From a virus, in the IMG/VR virus record IMGVR_UViG_3300021400_000026: 64,000 bases of DNA; one strand, written 5' to 3'. The notes under the pieces are model-generated. The model had not been told where the DNA came from. It made no database searches and worked only from the letters and a program-made list of their open reading frames with translations. How positions within the stretch are numbered: the stretch's first letter is position 1; the number at the start of each line of letters is the position of its first letter. A program made the translations under genes and the position numbers. Below are positions 61,854-64,000 of the stretch, in pieces.

Positions 61854-61857
61854 GCTG

Positions 61858-62373
61858 CTAAAAATTAAAAGTGCTTGCCTTACGTTCCATTACTGACTTG
61901 ATGATGTGAAACATGCTGTTGTTCAACTGACGCGCCACATTGTCAATGTTGCTGATGGTGATGTTCTCAGCCCTGGCAATGCTCTGCACTTGGTTGATAA
62001 GACCGTTTGTGGTGTTGATGCCGACAAAATCAATATCCATCCTGCCTTCATTCAGGAGGTCGATGTACTCATTCTTCAGGTCTAACCCCACAATGAAGCA
62101 CTCGCCCATGTCTGTTTTCGCCTCCAGCACAATGTGCATACCCTTCGATTCGGTCTCACCGTCCTCTATCATCTCGGATGTGCGAACCTCCACCAGCCGC
62201 ATGAGGGTCGTGACTGGCTTCTTCGGATTCGCTAATCCGCAGCCGCTAACAAAACCAACGGCTCGCAAGCTGTCTGCCACCGTAGCCGTAATCTTGCTCA
62301 CCGGCTCAATAGTGTCTAACAAAACGAAGGTTTCCTTCTCGCCGTCTTTCACTGTGATTTTTACCGTTCTCAT
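61858..62373 (-). CDS. hypothetical protein
   Basis: 171 aa with the catagtt start context. Confidence 0.65.
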   Translation of the reverse strand: MRTVKITVKDGEKETFVLLDTIEPVSKITATVADSLRAVGFVSGCGLANPKKPVTTLMRLVEVRTSEMIEDGETESKGMHIVLEAKTDMGECFIVGLDLKNEYIDLLNEGRMDIDFVGINTTNGLINQVQSIARAENITISNIDNVARQLNNSMFHIIKSVMERKASTFNF

Positions 62374-62384
62374 AGTTCCTTGTT

Positions 62385-62654
62385 TTATGATAAGTGACCA
62401 TACTTGCGCTGTGCGCGTTTTACACTCTTCTGGAATTCCTTCTCAAACTCTTCGTGGCTGATGGGTTTCACGATGCTGATGGCAGTGTGCCTTGCCTCGC
62501 TGAACTCATTCCTGCCCAAACATGAACCAAAAGGATTCAGGATTTCAAGGTCAACGCCAAACGAAAGGGAGTGACCCGTTACCTTACATACGCCGTAGTC
62601 TTTGTGATCTACGATAGTGCCAACCGGCAGACTTCTTAACTCTTGCTGTGTCAT
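62385..62654 (-). CDS. hypothetical protein
   Basis: 89-aa track ORF. Confidence 0.6.
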   Translation of the reverse strand: MTQQELRSLPVGTIVDHKDYGVCKVTGHSLSFGVDLEILNPFGSCLGRNEFSEARHTAISIVKPISHEEFEKEFQKSVKRAQRKYGHLS

Positions 62655-62708
62655 TTTCTTTAAGCGTTGTTTATGCTGTTGCTCCCAGCTCTAATTGTTT
62701 AACACGAT

Positions 62709-62717
62709 GCAAAGATA
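62709..62717 (-). promoter_or_regulatory. -7 promoter box (TATCTTTGC)
   Basis: Third copy of the CGATGCAAAGATA context, in an AT-rich gap. Confidence 0.45.
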
Positions 62718-62825
62718 AGCCTTTTATCTGAAACGTACAAGTATTTATACATTTATTTGTGTTTTTGTGCCGCTTTTTATACTTTATTAACAGAAAAAGC
62801 GTAATATCTTATACATTTCAAAGGT

Positions 62826-63041
62826 TTATTCATAACTTGGTGGTTCATTAAAAAGTCCTTCCATATCTTTCTTCGCCTTTTGGATTTTCTCGTCAAGTTC
62901 TCTTTGGCGAGGCAATATCATTTCTAACCCGTCTTTCTTCATTACGAGTTTCATCCTTCCTCGCTTCTTTGGTTCTGTCTCACGAAACATCATCTGTCCC
63001 GTGGCAGGGTTTATCGCCCATTGTAGCTGTTTCTTCTTCAT
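62826..63041 (-). CDS. hypothetical protein
   Basis: 71-aa track ORF. Confidence 0.55.
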   Translation of the reverse strand: MKKKQLQWAINPATGQMMFRETEPKKRGRMKLVMKKDGLEMILPRQRELDEKIQKAKKDMEGLFNEPPSYE

Positions 63042-63044
63042 AGT

Positions 63045-63398
63045 TCACTCTCCTTTCCATGCTTTCATAAATACCTCGAAGTCCTTGCTGTCTATCCACA
63101 CAATATCGCTGATTTTCGGCTGATACTGAAACATGATGCCAAAAACTTGGTCATGCGTGGTTTCCTCTTCGGTGACAGCGGTCACACATACCACCTTGTC
63201 GGTATCTACCCACAGCGTTTGATAGTCTGGCTGTTCAAGCAGATATTCCTTCAGTGTCTTACCCATAAGGGCTTTGGTGAACATGCCTTCAAGTCCTTCA
63301 GCATTGTCCATCGTTTTTGCTACTGTAGCAGAAAAAGTTCTGCGTGTCAATTTGATTTTTGCCATAGTTCCTTGATAATTTATGAGAAATTCGTTCAA
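63045..63398 (-). CDS. hypothetical protein (paralog of 10732..11052)
   Basis: MAKIKLTRRTFSATVAKTMDNAEG... The start may be at the internal MAKIK (63361, catagtt context). Confidence 0.7.
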   Translation of the reverse strand: MNEFLINYQGTMAKIKLTRRTFSATVAKTMDNAEGLEGMFTKALMGKTLKEYLLEQPDYQTLWVDTDKVVCVTAVTEEETTHDQVFGIMFQYQPKISDIVWIDSKDFEVFMKAWKGE

Positions 63399-63496
63399 TT
63401 CGTGTTCATTTATTCTTTCCTCCCTCTATTGCCCTGTCGGGCTTCCTCGGTCGGCTCTCGGCCGCTCGGCTTTGCCGCTTGCCTAAGCAAGAATGC

Positions 63497-64000
63497 TCAA
63501 ACACGTTTGGCATTGCCCTCGCTCCTCCCTCGGTTCATATACTCCCCGATATGCACCACCTGCTTCGCCATGCACCAGTCGGCGATGTCCTTGCCGCCAC
63601 CATAGACCACGAGGTTCGGGCGGTCGCACTCGCTGATGCGGCGGGCCATCTCCAGGTGGCGGTCGAGGGTGGGCTGCCAGCCGCTCACGCCTCGGGTGAA
63701 GAAGGCGTTGTAGCCCTGGGGGATGCCGAGGGCGTTCCAGCGTTCAAGGTGGGGCGACACGTTCAGGTCGGCCCATACCTGTAGGCCGCACTCCTGAAGG
63801 TAGCGGGCGAGGTAGCGTTTGCGGTAGATCTGATAGAGGGCGATGGCGACGGGCGTCTGGTCGTGGATGCTGACGTTTGGCTCTACGACGGCGCGACAGC
63901 CGGACTGCAACAGCAGGATGGGGTTCTTGAAGAGTTGCTCGAATCGGTAGTCATCCACATAGAAGTGGTAGGTGGTGATGCCTTTCTTGTAGCGGCCTTC
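63497..64000 (-). CDS. DUF4417-like protein, partial (5' end outside window)
   Basis: The frame stays open to the window edge (...YHFYVDDYRFEQLF...). The track start is only an internal GTG. Confidence 0.6.
   Translation of the reverse strand, partial: EGRYKKGITTYHFYVDDYRFEQLFKNPILLLQSGCRAVVEPNVSIHDQTPVAIALYQIYRKRYLARYLQECGLQVWADLNVSPHLERWNALGIPQGYNAFFTRGVSGWQPTLDRHLEMARRISECDRPNLVVYGGGKDIADWCMAKQVVHIGEYMNRGRSEGNAKRV

Larger units (their letters stand above)
1..64000 (-). mobile_element. Temperate tailed-phage / prophage DNA (Bacteroidales-type); one large genome or two adjacent related elements
   Basis: Near-continuous minus-strand phage gene set. Left half: terminase, HNH, primase, ATPase, SSB-like. 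Plus-strand integrase/repressor module at 24.4-26.7 kb. Right half: portal, HK97-type protease/capsid, tail tube, G/T chaperone, tape measure, fibre, endolysin. Confidence 0.9.

Overview
The whole 64-kb window is temperate tailed-phage or prophage DNA of Bacteroidales type. Supporting marks are TAnnTTTG -7 boxes, HU-like proteins, BACON-like domains, a DUF3127-type SSB and an Mfa-like lipoprotein. Almost all genes are on the minus strand.

Left half (1-22.7 kb):
- replication genes: CHC2 primase, RecA/DnaB-like ATPase, SSB-like protein, and an iteron-rich putative origin
- HNH endonuclease, terS and terL
- two DNA methyltransferases and more HNH endonucleases
- XRE regulators and many small ORFs

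Centre (22.7-28.2 kb):
- a tRNA with an 8-nt anticodon loop, and a second aberrant tRNA-like element
- a structured spacer between them and three identical hairpin repeats
- a plus-strand lysogeny module (repressor, tyrosine integrase) followed by two cargo genes: a membrane-anchored HIRAN protein and a lipoprotein

Right half (28.3-64 kb):
- late genes: fibre, tape measure, G/T chaperone with a -1 frameshift site, tail tube, HK97-type capsid and protease, portal
- BACON-like proteins, an M15 endolysin, then more early-type genes

The clearest specialised system is a complete diversity-generating retroelement (DGR). It has a reverse transcriptase (RT) at 48369..49706, a template repeat (TR) at 49912..50024, and a variable repeat (VR) at 50420..50532. 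The VR lies at the C-terminus of a 791-aa fibre-like protein. All 15 TR/VR mismatches fall at TR adenines. I found no Avd (accessory variability determinant) gene.

Beyond the genes, the window has unusually rich strand-specific non-coding structure:
- a late-region 8-mer, GTAAACCC, seen at least 14 times on the coding strand at gene junctions
- several tandem operator-like arrays
- an elaborately folded RNA candidate with a duplicated mini-ORF
- conserved-loop hairpins

All protein calls rest on motifs read by eye and on gene order. No searches were run.
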